A stretch of 64,000 bases of DNA from Candidatus Spongiisociaceae bacterium. Its GTDB lineage: Bacteria > Actinomycetota > Acidimicrobiia > Spongiisociales > Spongiisociaceae. Each line of letters opens with the position of its first letter. The stretch's first letter is position 1. Positions 20,277-30,669 of this stretch are shown here, one piece after another. The position numbers were made by a program, and so were the translations under genes. The stretch covers positions 2,080,001 to 2,144,000 of the forward strand of contig OZ241841.1 of NCBI GenBank assembly GCA_965202665.1. Reading direction: 5' to 3'. Below the pieces are notes generated by a model that had not been told where the DNA came from, made no database searches, and saw only the letters and a list, made by a program, of their open reading frames with translations.

Positions 20277-20771
20277 TTAGCCGTTCGGTTCGGTTTCCAG
20301 GAAATGACCGAGCCGGTCTGAAATCCAAAGTTCGGTTTCGGGGGTGGGGACCAGCCAAACACCGCAGTTGGGGCATTGAACGAATCGGCCTTCGTATCCG
20401 ATGGCAACGCCCAAAGGCCGGGCTTCGCTGCCCCAAGAAGACTCCGCTCCGCCGTAGCAGATGTCGCATTTCAAAGCGCCGGGGGGCCGTCCCTGTTCCA
20501 CCGCGCTCCGCCGGCAGGTTCCGCACCCGGCCCGGTGGGTTATCCATTCCGCCCATTCCAAATCCAGACTGGTGTCCCATCCCAGCTGAGCGGCCAGGTC
20601 GACGCCGCCGGGGAGGACGGCCAGGGCCTTCTCCAACGGTACGGCTATCGCCCGCAGCGCCTCCCGCGTTTCCCAAACATGCGACGGGGGTTCCCAACTC
20701 GCATCGCCCTCCGACCAGCCGGTCGGTCCGATGATCCGGGGTTGGACGGCCAACTCCATCAGCTCGCCCAT
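20277..20771 (-). CDS. Hypothetical protein with three CxxC motifs
   Basis: CGTC, CDIC, CPNC; protein-like composition; co-oriented with upstream ABC operon; start uncertain. Confidence 0.5.
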   Translation of the reverse strand: MGELMELAVQPRIIGPTGWSEGDASWEPPSHVWETREALRAIAVPLEKALAVLPGGVDLAAQLGWDTSLDLEWAEWITHRAGCGTCRRSAVEQGRPPGALKCDICYGGAESSWGSEARPLGVAIGYEGRFVQCPNCGVWLVPTPETELWISDRLGHFLETEPNG

Positions 20772-20871
20772 CTTGATTTCGCCGTTGACGATCGCGTCCT
20801 CCCCGCTGATTCCGCGCTTGAAGTTTCTTCCCCGGCCTGCTCCGGCGCGCGACGCCCCCCGGCGGTAGCGG

Positions 20872-21645
20872 TTATTCCTCCCCGGAGCCGGACATCAATT
20901 CCCGGCGTTGCAGTATAAACCAGGTGACGGCTATGGAGAACGACAGAAGAACGGCCACTTTGGCCAAAGCCCCCCAGCCGCCTACTTCCACCCGTCCCAA
21001 GATGAGATCCACGGCTTCTTGGTTGGCGGGGGAGAAGGTTCCCCAGTCGGCCCAGGCCGACACCGCGATCCGGAACAGGGAAGTGGAGCGGATGCCGTCC
21101 AAGATGGCCCCCAACGTGATTTCCCACAGAATCAGGTAGGCCAGCCCGATCAGCACCGCCCGGCTGAGCAACAGCCCCAGCGGCACGAACAGGGCCGCCC
21201 ACCCGACGGCCTGCACCGCGGCTACGGGCAACAGTCCCAGACCGGCCGTCCAGTCGCCGGTGCGAACCGACAACGCCAGCCAGTCGGCCGCCGCCCCGCC
21301 CCCGATTATCACCATGGAGGCCAGCAGGGCGGCCGTTGCGGCCGCGCCCGCCAGCGCCGCCCGCGGCGCCGGTTTCAGCAACAGATCGGGCAGGGTGCCC
21401 GCCCGCCGTTCCTCGCCCAGGGCGGCGGCGGAAATCACGATTGCCGCCATCGGGAAGACAAAGGGGATGATCAGGGACAGGACCAGGGTGTCGTGGATTT
21501 CCAGAACTCCCCCCGAATCGGCCCCGGCGGTCACCGCCAAAAGCAACAGGGCCGGGGCGCAGGTCAGGATCAGCATGCCGATCAGCCGTTTGCGCCCCAG
21601 CAGGCGGCGGGTAAGGGACCAGGCTACGATGAAGAAGGCTTTCAC
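20872..21645 (-). CDS. ABC-2 type transporter permease
   Basis: Multi-TM, EERRAGTL..LLLKP motif; GTG 21645 overlaps stop of upstream ATPase. Confidence 0.85.
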   Translation of the reverse strand: MKAFFIVAWSLTRRLLGRKRLIGMLILTCAPALLLLAVTAGADSGGVLEIHDTLVLSLIIPFVFPMAAIVISAAALGEERRAGTLPDLLLKPAPRAALAGAAATAALLASMVIIGGGAAADWLALSVRTGDWTAGLGLLPVAAVQAVGWAALFVPLGLLLSRAVLIGLAYLILWEITLGAILDGIRSTSLFRIAVSAWADWGTFSPANQEAVDLILGRVEVGGWGALAKVAVLLSFSIAVTWFILQRRELMSGSGEE

Positions 21646-22580
21646 CGTCGGCGCACCAGGTAGGTGAACACGCTTTCCAGGGAGTCGTCTTCGGGGGTTA
21701 CCGCGGTGACCACGCAACCTTCCTCCCGGGCGGCGGCCATGACGTCCCGTCCCAGGGCGCGGGCGTCGTCGGTGCTGACCGTGAAGGAACCGTCCCCCAT
21801 TTCCAAGGCCCTCACCCATTCCCCGGCCAGCAACCGGCGGGCCAGTTCCCGGGGCCGGTCGGTTTCGATCAGCACCCGGCGGGGGGTGTCGGACATGGCG
21901 TCCCGGATGTCGGCCACCCCTCCCGCCGCCGCCAGCCGCCCGTTGACCATGGCCACCACCCGGTCCGCCATCCGTTCCACTTCCGACAGCACATGCGAGG
22001 AGACGACCACGGTGCGCCCCTCCCGCCCCAGCCCGATCAGCAACTCGATGAGACGGGCCCGCTGGATGGGGTCGGTTCCGTTGAGCGGTTCGTCCAGGAT
22101 GAGAATCTCCGGGTCGTGGGCCAGGGCGGCCGCCACCCGCGCCCGGCGCCTCATTCCTTTGGAGAACCCGCCCAGCCGCCGGTGGGCGTCGGCGGTCAAC
22201 TCCACCGTTTCCAAAGCGCGGCGGGCCGCTTCCTCCGGGCGGGGGGCTTTGCACAGGGCGGCGCTCCAACGGACGAAGCGGGCGGCGGTCATGTTCTCGT
22301 AGATGGCGTCGTTTTCCGGCACGAACCCGATGCGCCGGTACAGGCCGGGGCGGCGGCGGGGCGATTCGCCCAGGATGAGGGCCTCCCCGGCCGAGGGTTT
22401 GAGCAGGCCGGTCAAGGTGCGGATGAGGGTGGTTTTCCCGGCCCCGTTGGGCCCCAGCAGGCCGGTGACCCCCGGCCCGAAGGAGTAGGTGAATTCGGAC
22501 ACCGCCACCTTCTGGTCGAACCATTTGGACAGGTTGCGGGCGGCGATGGCCGGTTCGGGGGCGGGGAGGGAGTCGCTCAT
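21642..22580 (-). CDS. ABC transporter ATP-binding protein
   Basis: GPNGAGKTT, FSKGMRRR, ILDEPLNG; ATG 22580. Confidence 0.92.
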   Translation of the reverse strand: MSDSLPAPEPAIAARNLSKWFDQKVAVSEFTYSFGPGVTGLLGPNGAGKTTLIRTLTGLLKPSAGEALILGESPRRRPGLYRRIGFVPENDAIYENMTAARFVRWSAALCKAPRPEEAARRALETVELTADAHRRLGGFSKGMRRRARVAAALAHDPEILILDEPLNGTDPIQRARLIELLIGLGREGRTVVVSSHVLSEVERMADRVVAMVNGRLAAAGGVADIRDAMSDTPRRVLIETDRPRELARRLLAGEWVRALEMGDGSFTVSTDDARALGRDVMAAAREEGCVVTAVTPEDDSLESVFTYLVRRR

Positions 22581-23455
22581 ACCGGTTTCCGGTAGGTGAA
22601 TTTGATCAGAAACCCGGAGATCGAGGCCAGGATGAACATCACCAGCAAGGAAACCCAGGGTTCGAATCCCAGCCGTTGCATAAGGTCGGTTCCCCCGTAT
22701 CCGAAAATCCAGTCCCGCAGGTTGAGGGCATGCTGCTCGAAGGCCAGCAGGCTCAGCCAGCGGGCGGTGGTCTCCGAGAATTCGACCACGATGTTGACCG
22801 TGATGTTGAAAACGAAGAAAACGGCGATGCACACCCCGGTGGCCGCCCCCACCCGTTTCAGAAAGGCGGTGCACAGAAGGGCCACCGTCCCGTAGGCTGC
22901 CAGATAAGCAAAGGAAACCAGCGGGATGCGCCACAGCGCCGCCAGGTTGCCCCCCAGGTAGGCGAGAAACCCTTCTTCGGACAGGAAAGCCAGTCCCAGA
23001 TGGTAGAGGAGCAACGGGGCCGTCCAGAAGCCGAGGACCACCGCCCCCAAGGCTCCGCCTTTGGCCGTCAGATACCGGTTGACGGTCAGCGGACGGGAAA
23101 AGTAGATGTTCAACGCCCCCGAGGTCCGGTCGGGGACCAGCAGTTCCGGGGCGGCGTAGGAGGTGAGGATCAGGCCGTAGAGGGCGATGGAGCCCAGGAA
23201 GGCCGTATAGGGGCGGGACAAAAATTCGAGGTTGGTTAAACCCTGCACCCAGATGATTATCAGAAACACGAACGTGGAGGCCGCCATCAGGCTGATCAGC
23301 AACCACGGCAGCACCTTGCGCCGGGCTTTGCGGCGCAACCCCAGTATCCGCCGGATCCCGTCCCAAACGACGGCCCGCATGGCCCCGGACGGGCCCAGGC
23401 GGGGGCCGAGATAGGGCTGGTAGCCCCGGTCGGCCAGCACCGTTCGCTCAGTCAT
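22577..23455 (-). CDS. ABC-2 type transporter permease
   Basis: Multi-TM, DRTSGALNIYFSRPL motif. Confidence 0.85.
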   Translation of the reverse strand: MTERTVLADRGYQPYLGPRLGPSGAMRAVVWDGIRRILGLRRKARRKVLPWLLISLMAASTFVFLIIIWVQGLTNLEFLSRPYTAFLGSIALYGLILTSYAAPELLVPDRTSGALNIYFSRPLTVNRYLTAKGGALGAVVLGFWTAPLLLYHLGLAFLSEEGFLAYLGGNLAALWRIPLVSFAYLAAYGTVALLCTAFLKRVGAATGVCIAVFFVFNITVNIVVEFSETTARWLSLLAFEQHALNLRDWIFGYGGTDLMQRLGFEPWVSLLVMFILASISGFLIKFTYRKPV

Positions 23456-24380
23456 CCCCGCCTCCGGCGGCGGAGGCGAATATTTCCTCCAGCCCGGTCA
23501 GATTGGCCCCCAGCCTGCGCACCGGGAGTTCCAAACGGGCCAGCGCGTCCCGCACTATCTCGTAAACATCGTCGCGGGCGGCCCCCGGACCGGCCGGTTG
23601 GACGGCGGTCAGCGCCCCCGCTTTCACCTCCACCTGCAATCCCCGTTCGGCCAAAGCCCGGGCCAGAGGCTGCGGGTCGCCGAACACTTCCACCACCACC
23701 GTGTTTTCCCGGGCGGGCGGCTCCACCGGGGCGGAACGCACCATCCTCCCCCCGTCCAGCATCACCACCCACGAGCAGGTGGTTTCAATGTCGCTCAGCA
23801 CATGGGAGGAGACCAGCACGTTGATTCCGAACCCTCCCAGCCGCCGGATCAGGTCCAGCATTTCCTCCCGTCCCTCCGGATCCAAACCGGAGGCCGGTTC
23901 GTCCAACAGGGCCAGTTGCGGGTCGTGCACGATGGCCTGGGCCAACTTCACCCGCTGTTTCATTCCGGTGGAGTAGTCGCCTATGAAGCGGATCCGTTCC
24001 TCCGCCAAACCCACCAGGAACAGGGTTTCCGAGGCCCGGTAGCGGGCTTCGGAGGCGGGCAGGCCCGCCAACCGGGCGGCGTACATGACGAAGTCGGCGG
24101 CCGTCTGATCCAAAGGCAGGCAGTCATTTTCCGGCATGTAGCCGATGCGGGAGCGCAGGCCCGCGGGGTCGGCGGCCACCGGGGAGCCCAGCACCGCCGC
24201 CTCCCCCCGGTCGGGGCGGCTCAAGCCGAGCAGAATGCGCATCAGGGTGGTTTTCCCGGCCCCGTTGGCCCCCACCAGCCCGGTGATTCCGCCCGGAACG
24301 GAAATGTCCACCCCGTCCAAGGCCCGCACCGGCCCGAAGGTTTTAACCAGATCCCTGGTTTGGACGATGGGGTCGGCCAT
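23448..24380 (-). CDS. ABC transporter ATP-binding protein
   Basis: GANGAGKTT, YSTGMKQR, LLDEPASG. Confidence 0.92.
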   Translation of the reverse strand: MADPIVQTRDLVKTFGPVRALDGVDISVPGGITGLVGANGAGKTTLMRILLGLSRPDRGEAAVLGSPVAADPAGLRSRIGYMPENDCLPLDQTAADFVMYAARLAGLPASEARYRASETLFLVGLAEERIRFIGDYSTGMKQRVKLAQAIVHDPQLALLDEPASGLDPEGREEMLDLIRRLGGFGINVLVSSHVLSDIETTCSWVVMLDGGRMVRSAPVEPPARENTVVVEVFGDPQPLARALAERGLQVEVKAGALTAVQPAGPGAARDDVYEIVRDALARLELPVRRLGANLTGLEEIFASAAGGGDD

Positions 24381-24384
24381 AGCG

Positions 24385-26019
24385 CTAACCATCGGAGGTT
24401 TTCCGATAAAGGGGGGCTATTTCCCCCAACGGGGCGCCGGGGCGCGGAGGGTCGGCCTCCCATCCCCGGTCGGGGGCCGTCGCCTCCCCGCCCATCATGC
24501 GGCGCAGGCGTTCGCAGGTGACCGGCAGGTAGGGGGACAGGGCCGTTTTCAGATGGTTGACCGCGGCCAGCGCCGAGTAGAGGACGGCCCCGGTGCGTTC
24601 CAGGTCGGAGCGGGCCGTTTTCCACGGCTCGGCCGCGTTCAGGTAGCCGTTGACGGCGGCCGCCCCCCGCATCGCCTCCCGCAGTCCGGCTTTCAACTCC
24701 ACCCGCTCGATGCGGTTGCCGACCTCGCGCCGGGCCTGGTCGGCGGTTTGGACTATTTCCCGGTCGGCGGCCCGCGGCTCCCCCGGGTCGGGGACGGCCC
24801 CGGCGCAGTAGGAGCGGGCCATGCTCAGCACCCGGTGCGCCAGGTTGCCCCAAGTCGCCACCAGTTCCTCGTCGATGCGGCGGTCCAGTTCCTCCTCTGA
24901 CACTTCGGTATCCCCCTGTTCGGGCAGGTTGGCGGCCAGGGCGTAGCGCAAGCCGTCCGGCTGGTAACGTTCCAGGGCCTCCCCGATGGTCAGCCCCACC
25001 CCCCGGCTGGCCGAGGCTTTCCCGCCTTTGAAAGTCACGTACTGGTTGGCGGGCACGTTGTGGGGCAGTTCCAAACCCCCGTATCCCATCAGCATGGCGG
25101 GCCAGATGATGGTGTGGAAAGGCACGTTGTCCTTGCCGATGAAGTAATAATGTTCGGCCTCCGGGTTTTCCCACCAGTCCCGCCAGGCGTCGGGCGTCCC
25201 CCGGTTTTGCGCCCATTCTTTGGCGGCCGACAGGTAGCCGATAACCGCGTCGAACCAGACGTAGATTTTTTTGCCTTCCCCCAGCCCCTCCACCGGGATG
25301 TCCACCCCCCAGTCGATGTCGCGGGTGATGGCCCGGTCGCGCAGGCCTTCTTCTATCCAGCCCATGGAAAAGTTCATCACGTGCTTGCGCCATCCCCGGC
25401 GGGAGGACAGCCATTCCCGGAGCCGCTCCCCGAAGTCGGACAGGCGCAGGTAGAAGTGGTCGGTGGGGCGCATTTCCGGGGCCGTCCCGGACAGTTTGGA
25501 ACGGGGGAGGAGCAGGTCGGAGGGGTCCAGGGTGCGCCCGCACTGGTCGCACTGGTCGCCCCGGGCGTTCTCATACCGGCAATGGGGGCAGGTTCCCTCC
25601 ACGTAGCGGTCGGGCAGGAACCGCCCGGCGTCCGGGTCGTAAAACTGGCGGGAGGTGCGTTGGTCGATGTATCCGTTTTCATGCAGGCGGCGGAACATGT
25701 CCCGGGTGACCCGGTGGTGGTTGGGAGTGCCGGTGGAGGTGTACAACTCCCATTGGATGGCCAGGTCCTCCCAGCCTTGCACGAACTCGGCGTGGAAGCG
25801 GTCTACTATTTCCTGCGGGGTTTTCCCCTCCTGGTCGGCCCGGACGGTGATGGGGGTGCCGTGCACATCGCTTCCCGAAACCATCAGCACCCGGTTTCCG
25901 GCCATCCGGTGATAACGGGCGAAAATGTCGGCGGGCAGGTAGGCCCCGGCCAGATGTCCGAGATGCCGGGAGCCGGACGCATAAGGCCAAGCCACCGCAA
26001 CCAGGATGTTACGAGTCAC
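24385..26019 (-). CDS. metG: Methionine--tRNA ligase
   Basis: AWPYASG..HLGH, SGSDVHG, Zn knuckle CPHC...CDQC, YVWFDA, GKDNVPFH, KASAS. Confidence 0.97.
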   Translation of the reverse strand: MTRNILVAVAWPYASGSRHLGHLAGAYLPADIFARYHRMAGNRVLMVSGSDVHGTPITVRADQEGKTPQEIVDRFHAEFVQGWEDLAIQWELYTSTGTPNHHRVTRDMFRRLHENGYIDQRTSRQFYDPDAGRFLPDRYVEGTCPHCRYENARGDQCDQCGRTLDPSDLLLPRSKLSGTAPEMRPTDHFYLRLSDFGERLREWLSSRRGWRKHVMNFSMGWIEEGLRDRAITRDIDWGVDIPVEGLGEGKKIYVWFDAVIGYLSAAKEWAQNRGTPDAWRDWWENPEAEHYYFIGKDNVPFHTIIWPAMLMGYGGLELPHNVPANQYVTFKGGKASASRGVGLTIGEALERYQPDGLRYALAANLPEQGDTEVSEEELDRRIDEELVATWGNLAHRVLSMARSYCAGAVPDPGEPRAADREIVQTADQARREVGNRIERVELKAGLREAMRGAAAVNGYLNAAEPWKTARSDLERTGAVLYSALAAVNHLKTALSPYLPVTCERLRRMMGGEATAPDRGWEADPPRPGAPLGEIAPLYRKTSDG

Positions 26020-26113
26020 TTCCCCCAGGCTACCACCCCGCCGGGCGCGGGCGGACCTCCCGGCTGGTTCGGAGAGGGCGGGGGCCGGCGCCGGACGGGT
26101 AATCTGGGGGTTG

Positions 26114-26845
26114 ATGCAAGCCCTGCCCGCGTTGCTGGCCGGGGCGGCGGCCGCCCTCTTTTTCGGCGACCTGCTGGTTTCTTATTACCGCCGTCCCCGC
26201 CCCCACATCGCCGCTTACGCGGCCGGGATGGGGTGCTTCGCGCTGGCCTGCTGGGCCCTGTTCGCCGGGGTTTTCTGGGGCTGGACTTCGGCTTCCTACC
26301 GCCTTTTTTTCCTGTTCGGGGGAATAGTGAACATTCCGTTGCTGGCGTTGGGGTCCATGTTTTTGGTGGTGGGGCGGCGCTCCGGCCATTTGATGCTGAT
26401 GCTCCTGCTCCCCTTTTTCGCCATTTCGGTTCCCATGACCATCGGAACTCCCTTCGACGCCGGGCCGTTGCCCGCGGCCGGGGTGCCGGCGGGCCGCGAC
26501 CTGTGGCTGGAAATGTTCGGACCCCGCCTGTGGGCGGCGATCGGGGGCGGCGCCGGGGCGACGATCCTGATTTTGCTGGCCCTGGTGTCGGCGGCGCGGT
26601 TCTGGCGCTCCAACCGGCGGGTGGTGTGGGGCAGCCTGTGCATCGCCGCCGGCACTTTGGCGGCCGCCGGAGGGGGGACCGTTTTGGCCTTGGGGGAGCA
26701 GGCCTCTTTCGGGATGTCCCTTTTGGCGACGGTGATTCTCATCTGGGCCGGCTACCGCATCGCCTCCGGCGCCCGCTCCCCGGCCGGTTCCGGAGAGGGG
26801 GGTTCCGGGGCCCTGGCCGGACGGGCCCCGGTTAGGGTGGAGTAG
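26114..26845 (+). CDS. Hypothetical multi-pass membrane protein
   Basis: About 7 hydrophobic helices; heads the deoC operon. Confidence 0.7.
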   Translation: MQALPALLAGAAAALFFGDLLVSYYRRPRPHIAAYAAGMGCFALACWALFAGVFWGWTSASYRLFFLFGGIVNIPLLALGSMFLVVGRRSGHLMLMLLLPFFAISVPMTIGTPFDAGPLPAAGVPAGRDLWLEMFGPRLWAAIGGGAGATILILLALVSAARFWRSNRRVVWGSLCIAAGTLAAAGGGTVLALGEQASFGMSLLATVILIWAGYRIASGARSPAGSGEGGSGALAGRAPVRVE

Positions 26846-26861
26846 ATGCCGGGATGTTGAG

Positions 26862-27821
26862 ATGTTGACTTTGCTCCCCCCGACGGAGGTTCCCGTCCTG
26901 GGCCCCGCCCCCGCCGCCGCGGCCATCAAGTCTTTTCTGGGAGCGGTTCCCCCGGTGGACGCGACGGGAGCGGAGGAGCGGGCGGCGGCCTTGGCGACCC
27001 GTTCCGTAAAACGGGACTCCAAACGGCGGGCGCTGCGGCTGGCGGTGCGGATGTGCGACCTGACCACCTTGGAGGGAAAGGACACCCCCGGCAAAGTGCG
27101 GCAACTGGCGGCCAAAGCGATCCGCCCCGACCCGACCGACCCCGACATTCCCTCCGTAGCCGCCCTGTGCGTCTACCCGGCCCTGGTCCCCCACGCGGCG
27201 GGGGCTTTGGCGGGCAGCGGGGTGGCGACCGCCTCGGTGGCCGCCTATTTTCCGTCCGGCCAGGCCCCGCGGTCGGCGCGGGCGGAGGAGGCGGCGTGGG
27301 CGGCGGAGCGGGGGGCGGACGAGATTGACATGGTGATCAACCGGGGGGCCTTCCTGTCCGGGGACTTTTCGGCCGTCTACCAGGAGATAACTTCCGTCAA
27401 GCAGGCGGCGGGGGAGGCCCGCCTGAAGGTAATTTTGGAAACCGGGGAGCTGGTCTCCTACGACTATGTGCGCCGGGCGGCCATGTTGGCCATGGCGGCC
27501 GGAGCGGATTTCATAAAAACCTCCACCGGCAAGGTTTCCCCGGCCGCTACCCGCCCGGTCACGCTGGTGATGTTGGAGGCCATTCGGGATTTCCACGACC
27601 TGACCGGGCGCATGGTGGGGATGAAACCGGCGGGCGGGATTCGCACCGCCAAAGACGCCATCGGATATTTGGTGTTGCTGTCGGAGACTTTGGGGGCGGC
27701 TTGGATGACCCCGGCCCGTTTCCGGTTCGGGGCTTCTTCCCTGCTGAACGACCTGCTGATGCAACTGCGCCGGTTGCGCGACGGCCGCTATCAGTCCCCC
27801 GATTACTTCACCCGGGATTAA
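26862..27821 (+). CDS. deoC: Deoxyribose-phosphate aldolase
   Basis: DLTTLEG.DT, GADEIDMVI, LKVILETGEL, FIKTSTGK, KPAGGIRT, RFGASSLL. Confidence 0.96.
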   Translation: MLTLLPPTEVPVLGPAPAAAAIKSFLGAVPPVDATGAEERAAALATRSVKRDSKRRALRLAVRMCDLTTLEGKDTPGKVRQLAAKAIRPDPTDPDIPSVAALCVYPALVPHAAGALAGSGVATASVAAYFPSGQAPRSARAEEAAWAAERGADEIDMVINRGAFLSGDFSAVYQEITSVKQAAGEARLKVILETGELVSYDYVRRAAMLAMAAGADFIKTSTGKVSPAATRPVTLVMLEAIRDFHDLTGRMVGMKPAGGIRTAKDAIGYLVLLSETLGAAWMTPARFRFGASSLLNDLLMQLRRLRDGRYQSPDYFTRD

Positions 27822-27824
27822 GCG

Positions 27825-29312
27825 GTGGACGCCCCGCCCGCGGAAGTGATTCCCCCCGGAGAACCGGCCGTTTTGGAATACGCCGATTCGCGGGAAGCGG
27901 CCCAGCTGGCGGAAATTCGGGATTCTTACGGCCTGTGGATCGACGGGGCTTGGTCCGCCCCCCGCTCCGGTCGGTTTTCCCCGACCGTCAACCCGGCCAC
28001 CGAAGAGACTTTGAGCCGGGTGGCGGCGGCCGGTGAGGAGGATGCGGAGGCGGCGGTGAAGGCGGCCCGCCGCGCCTACGACAAAACCTGGGGGAGGACG
28101 GCCCCCAAGGAACGCTCCAAGTTTTTGTTTCGCATAGCCCGCATGGTGCAGGAGCGGTCCCGGGAGTTGGCGGTGCTGGAAACTTTGGACGGGGGCAAGC
28201 CCATCAAAGAGTCCCGCGACTTTGACATTCCGGCGGCGGCCGCCCATTTTTTCCATTACGCCGGCTGGGCCGACAAACTGGAATACGCTTTTCCCGGTTT
28301 GGATCACCGCCCGCTGGGCGTGGCGGGGCAGATCATTCCCTGGAATTTTCCGTTGCTGATGCTGGCCTGGAAGGCGGCCCCGGCTTTGGCGACCGGCAAC
28401 ACGGTGGTGCTGAAACCGGCCGAGACCACCCCTTTGACCGCCCTGGCTTTCGCCGAGTTGACCGAGGAGGCCGGGTTGCCGCCGGGGGTGTTCAACGTGG
28501 TGACCGGAGGCGGGGATGCGGGGGCGGCGGTGGCGGGGCATCCGGGGGTGGACAAGGTGGCTTTCACCGGTTCCACCGCCGTCGGGAAAGAAATCGGGGC
28601 CCGGCTGGCCGGGAGCGGCAAACGGCTCACTTTGGAGTTGGGCGGCAAAGCCCCGCATGTGATATTCGACGACGCCCCGGTGGATCAGGCGGTGGAGGGG
28701 GTGGTGAACGGTATTTTCTTCAATCAGGGCCATGTGTGTTGCGCGGGCAGCCGGTTGCTGGTGCAAGAGTCGGTTTACGAGCCGTTCCTGGCCCGGTTGA
28801 AACGGCGGTTGGGGACGTTGCGGGTGGGGGACCCGCTGGATAAAAACACCGACATCGGGGCCATTAACAGCCGGGAACAGTTGGACAAGATCGGCGGGCT
28901 GGTGGAGTTGGGGGTAGCGGAGGGGGCGGAGCTTTATCAACCGGCCTGCGCCTTGCCGGAGCGGGGTTTCTGGTTTCCCCCCACTTTGTTCACCGGGGTG
29001 TCGCAGAGCCACCGCATCGCTCAGGAGGAGATTTTCGGCCCGGTGCTGTCCATAATGACCTTTCGCACCCCGGACGAGGCGGTGGAAAAAGCCAACAACA
29101 CCCCCTACGGGTTGTCGGCGGGGGTGTGGACCGACAAAGGTTCCCGGATTCTGTGGATGGCGGACCGGTTGCGGGCGGGGGTGGTGTGGGCCAACACTTT
29201 CAACAAGTTCGATCCGGCTTCCCCGTTCGGCGGCTTCCGGGAGTCCGGCTTCGGACGGGAGGGCGGCCGGCACGGGCTGCTTCCCTACGTGCGGGGCGGG
29301 GGCGGGCGATGA
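27825..29312 (+). CDS. Aldehyde dehydrogenase
   Basis: IIPWNFP, FTGSTAVG, LELGGK, NQGHVCCAGSR, EEIFGPV. Confidence 0.95.
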   Translation: MDAPPAEVIPPGEPAVLEYADSREAAQLAEIRDSYGLWIDGAWSAPRSGRFSPTVNPATEETLSRVAAAGEEDAEAAVKAARRAYDKTWGRTAPKERSKFLFRIARMVQERSRELAVLETLDGGKPIKESRDFDIPAAAAHFFHYAGWADKLEYAFPGLDHRPLGVAGQIIPWNFPLLMLAWKAAPALATGNTVVLKPAETTPLTALAFAELTEEAGLPPGVFNVVTGGGDAGAAVAGHPGVDKVAFTGSTAVGKEIGARLAGSGKRLTLELGGKAPHVIFDDAPVDQAVEGVVNGIFFNQGHVCCAGSRLLVQESVYEPFLARLKRRLGTLRVGDPLDKNTDIGAINSREQLDKIGGLVELGVAEGAELYQPACALPERGFWFPPTLFTGVSQSHRIAQEEIFGPVLSIMTFRTPDEAVEKANNTPYGLSAGVWTDKGSRILWMADRLRAGVVWANTFNKFDPASPFGGFRESGFGREGGRHGLLPYVRGGGGR

Positions 29313-30193
29313 GCAGGCTGGCGGTGCGCAAAACCCTCAAGCTGTTCGTAGGCGGAGGGTTTCCCCGTTCCGAGTCGGGCCGCTCCTACCCGGCTTTGGA
29401 TCACCGGGGCGAAATAGCGGCCCGGGCGGCGTCGGCCACCCGCAAGGACCTGCGGGAAGCGGTACGGGCGGCCCGTTGCGCCGCGCCCGGCTGGGCGGCC
29501 CGCTCCGGCTACAACCGGGGGCAGATTCTGTACCGGGCGGCGGAGATGATGGAGGACCGCCGGTCGGCGCTGGTGGAGCGGGTGCGGCTGGCGGGGATGA
29601 GCCGGGCCCGGGCCGGACGGGAAGTGGACCTTTCCATTGACCGGCTGGTGTGGTACGCGGGTTGGACGGACAAGTTCGCCCAAGTGTTCGGCAACCTCAA
29701 CCCGGTGGCCGGTCCTTTTTTCAATATTTCAACGCCGGAGCCGACCGGGGTGGTGGGGGTGATCGCCCCCGAAGAGCCGGCCCTGCTGGGTTTGATTTCG
29801 CGGGTGGCCCCGGTGGCGGCGTCCGGCAACGCGGCGGTGGTTTTGGCTTCCGAACGTTGGCCGATCCCCGCCGTCGCCTTCGCCGAAGCTTTGGCCACCG
29901 GCGACCTCCCGGCCGGGGTGATAAACATCCTGACCGGACCCAAAGCGGACACGGCTTCCCATCTGGCTTCCCACTTGGATGTGAACGCCTTAGACGCCTA
30001 CGGGGTGAACCGGGAGGCGCCGGGGATGCCGGAAATGTTGGAGGTGCTGGAGCGGGAAGCGGCGGCGGGCGTGAAACGGGTGGCGGTCCCGCCCCCCCAG
30101 CCCCCGGACTGGTACAAGGATGAAGCCCAAAGCCCCTACTTCATAGCCGCCTTCACCGAAATAAAAACGGTCTGGCACCCCAAAGGCCTCTAA
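29309..30193 (+). CDS. Short aldehyde-dehydrogenase-like protein (no catalytic domain)
   Basis: KTLKLFVGG.FPRSESGR, YAGWTDK, EPTGVVG, GDLPAGVINILTG, E.KTVWHP; no LELGGK or catalytic Cys. Confidence 0.88.
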   Translation: MSRLAVRKTLKLFVGGGFPRSESGRSYPALDHRGEIAARAASATRKDLREAVRAARCAAPGWAARSGYNRGQILYRAAEMMEDRRSALVERVRLAGMSRARAGREVDLSIDRLVWYAGWTDKFAQVFGNLNPVAGPFFNISTPEPTGVVGVIAPEEPALLGLISRVAPVAASGNAAVVLASERWPIPAVAFAEALATGDLPAGVINILTGPKADTASHLASHLDVNALDAYGVNREAPGMPEMLEVLEREAAAGVKRVAVPPPQPPDWYKDEAQSPYFIAAFTEIKTVWHPKGL

Positions 30194-30270
30194 CCCCCCT
30201 TGCTTTTGCGTGAGAGACTTCGCGGTCCGGTAGGTAGGATTGGGGGAACGGACCCGAAGCGGAAACGGAA

Positions 30271-30612
30271 ATGACCGTCCAAAGCAAGATACCCACCATT
30301 CAGGACATACGGGAGATACTGGGGCCTGCTTTGGCCGACAGCGAGGCGAGCAAGGCGGTGGTGTTCGGTTCTTACGCGCGCGGCGACGCCGACGAGCGCA
30401 GCGATCTTGATATGCTGATAGTGTCGGACACGGATAAGCGATTTCTTCAAAGAATAGAGGACTACTGGCCGGTATTCAGAGCTTGGCGGATAATGCGCAA
30501 AGGGTTCGATTTATTGGTGTACACCCCTGAGGAGATATCTAACATGCTCGCTATCGGCAACACCTTCATTCACAAAGCCCTAAGTGAGGGAGTGGTCATA
30601 TATGAACGTTGA
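30271..30612 (+). CDS. Minimal nucleotidyltransferase (MNT)
   Basis: VFGSYARGD...SDLDMLIV, DLLVYTPEE, EGVVIYE. Confidence 0.88.
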   Translation: MTVQSKIPTIQDIREILGPALADSEASKAVVFGSYARGDADERSDLDMLIVSDTDKRFLQRIEDYWPVFRAWRIMRKGFDLLVYTPEEISNMLAIGNTFIHKALSEGVVIYER

Positions 30613-30669
30613 AAATAAGAAAGGGCCAAAACTCCGGGTGGATTCCGAGATAGGCGTTTGGGGAGGGGG

